This document shows, in pieces, positions 48,292 through 49,447 of a DNA stretch of 49,447 nt. Numbering within the stretch: position 1 is the stretch's first letter; every line of letters starts with the position of its first letter. The notes under the pieces are model-generated. The model had not been told where the DNA came from, made no database searches, and saw only the letters and a program-made list of their open reading frames with translations. Origin of the DNA: Holosporales bacterium (GTDB lineage: Bacteria > Pseudomonadota > Alphaproteobacteria > UBA3830 > JAIRWN01); the NCBI GenBank assembly GCA_031268985.1, contig JAIRWN010000014.1:1-49447 (forward strand), read 5' to 3'. The position numbers and the translations under genes were made by a program.

Positions 48292-48798
48292 ATGAGGCAA
48301 ACGGAAGTAATTTTGTTACAGAGGGTTTCTAAACTAGGTAACCTTGGAGATCTCGTGAAGGTCAAGCCCGGGTTTGCCCGTAACTTTCTCTTGCCCAACA
48401 GCATGGCTTTGCGTGCCACTAAAGACAATATCGCTTTTTTTCAAGAGAAAAGGGAACAGCTTATTGAAAAAAATGCTGAATTAAGAGAAAGAGCCGAGCT
48501 TTATTCAGACAAGATTCGTGGAATTATTGTGACGATAATCCGTCATGCCAGCGAAAATGGGCATTTGTATGGGTCGGTCTCAGCTAAAGATCTGGCTATC
48601 GAGTTGGGAAAACTGGGGCACAAAGTATCTGCCGCTCAGATAGAGCTTTCTTCTCCGCTGAAGGAACTCGGGGTGTTTGCTTCCAATATATTTCTTCATG
48701 CAGATGTTTCTGTTCCTTTCCTTATTAATATCGCAAAATCGCAGGACGAAGCCGCTTCTCAACTTGAACTTTATATGTCAAATCAGCCCCAGTTTTAA
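48292..48798 (+). CDS. rplI: 50S ribosomal protein L9
   Basis: VILL..V.KLG..GD.VKVKPGFARNFLLP, LYGSVS. Confidence 0.97.
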   Translation: MRQTEVILLQRVSKLGNLGDLVKVKPGFARNFLLPNSMALRATKDNIAFFQEKREQLIEKNAELRERAELYSDKIRGIIVTIIRHASENGHLYGSVSAKDLAIELGKLGHKVSAAQIELSSPLKELGVFASNIFLHADVSVPFLINIAKSQDEAASQLELYMSNQPQF

Positions 48799-48864
48799 AG
48801 TTTACTCTTTGATGATGTAAAACGAGGGAATGGGCGGCTAGTCTCTTATATATCGAAGAGTAGA

Positions 48865-49313
48865 ATGAAAATCAGGGCTGTATTAAAGTGCGCCGCATAT
48901 CTAATTCTTGAGGAAGACGGCAGAGTCCTTCTTCAGCAAAGGCAGGGTTCTGGCTTTTTTGATGGATATTGGGGGCTCCCTTCAGGGCATTGGGAATACG
49001 GTGAATCTTTATCTCAGACTGTGATTCGGGAAGCAAAAGAAGAAGTAAATATCGATATAGAGCTGAGAGACTTGACGCTCAAACTTGTTCTGAAATCTTT
49101 TCCGGATGATTATGTAGGCTTATTTTTCGCAGCAAGAAAATATTCGGGCGCCATAAAAATAACGAACCGGAAAAATGTTCAGGACTACGTTTCTTTCCTA
49201 TTCATGATTTGCCAAGCGATGTCATACCTTATATTTCTTTGGCGCTTTGTGCAATAGAAACTGGCAAAGTCTATATGGACCTCGAAATTATCCCTCCTGA
49301 AGAGCGGATATAG
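48865..49313 (+). pseudogene. NUDIX hydrolase, frameshifted at the A5 run 49155-49159
   Basis: Nudix box GHWEYGESLSQTVIREAKEEVNI. The family-like C-terminus NNEPEKCSGLRFFPIHDLPSDVIPY...* continues in another frame to TAG 49313. Confidence 0.78.
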
Positions 49314-49328
49314 TTCAGCGATCAATGA

Positions 49329-49447
49329 CTTGAGTTTATCGAGGCTGCCAAGGTATTGAAGAGCAAGGGCATAAGAATGCTTTTGGTCGGCAGCCCTGAC
49401 CCAGAAAACCCCTCTTCGCTTTCCGAATCGCTCCTTGTCGACCTCGC
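49329..49447 (+). pseudogene. 5'-truncated GT4 (CapM/PglA-like) glycosyltransferase fragment, runs off the window end
   Basis: LEFIEAAKVLKSKGIRMLLVGSPDPENPSSLS is a mid-protein GT4 motif. It is directly preceded by an in-frame TGA. Confidence 0.6.

Noticed and set aside
1-49447. CRISPR array, rRNA, intact IS/prophage, or non-standard genetic code
   Set aside because: No regularly spaced repeats, rRNA signatures or transposase motifs seen. Conserved genes translate full length under code 11 and use TAA, TAG and TGA as stops.

Overview
About 49 kb of a compact, roughly 40% GC bacterial chromosome (GC estimated by eye). Gene content and order point to an alphaproteobacterial endosymbiont of the Holosporales/Rickettsiales type (inference): split pntAA, cpoB-tilS, argS followed by an FtsN-like gene, gltX-cysS, rpsF-rpsR-DUF2232-rplI, ProP-like MFS and EamA transporters, and a BspA-type LRR fragment. 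Most of the window is housekeeping: topA, rnpA, glmU/glmS, ddl-ftsQ-ftsA, fabI, prs, xth, four aminoacyl-tRNA synthetases, AlaX, tRNA-Gln and tRNA-Thr. Many surface-glycan genes are interspersed. The most notable signals are: (1) two tandem outer-membrane beta-barrel paralogs, each with a G13 tract between its -35 and -10 boxes (candidate phase-variable promoters), where a decayed copy of the topA 3' end marks the duplication breakpoint; (2) an ABC transporter with two paralogous substrate-binding genes, each preceded by its own promoter and an unannotated 38-39 codon leader ORF that ends in aromatic-rich codons and a stop-codon hairpin (candidate ribosome-dependent attenuators); (3) orphan CheX/CheY and CheR-like genes, a SPOR-less FtsN-like protein, and several pseudogene fragments (integrase beside tRNA-Thr, LRR, NUDIX frameshift, GT4). 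All calls come from reading motifs by eye; no searches were run.
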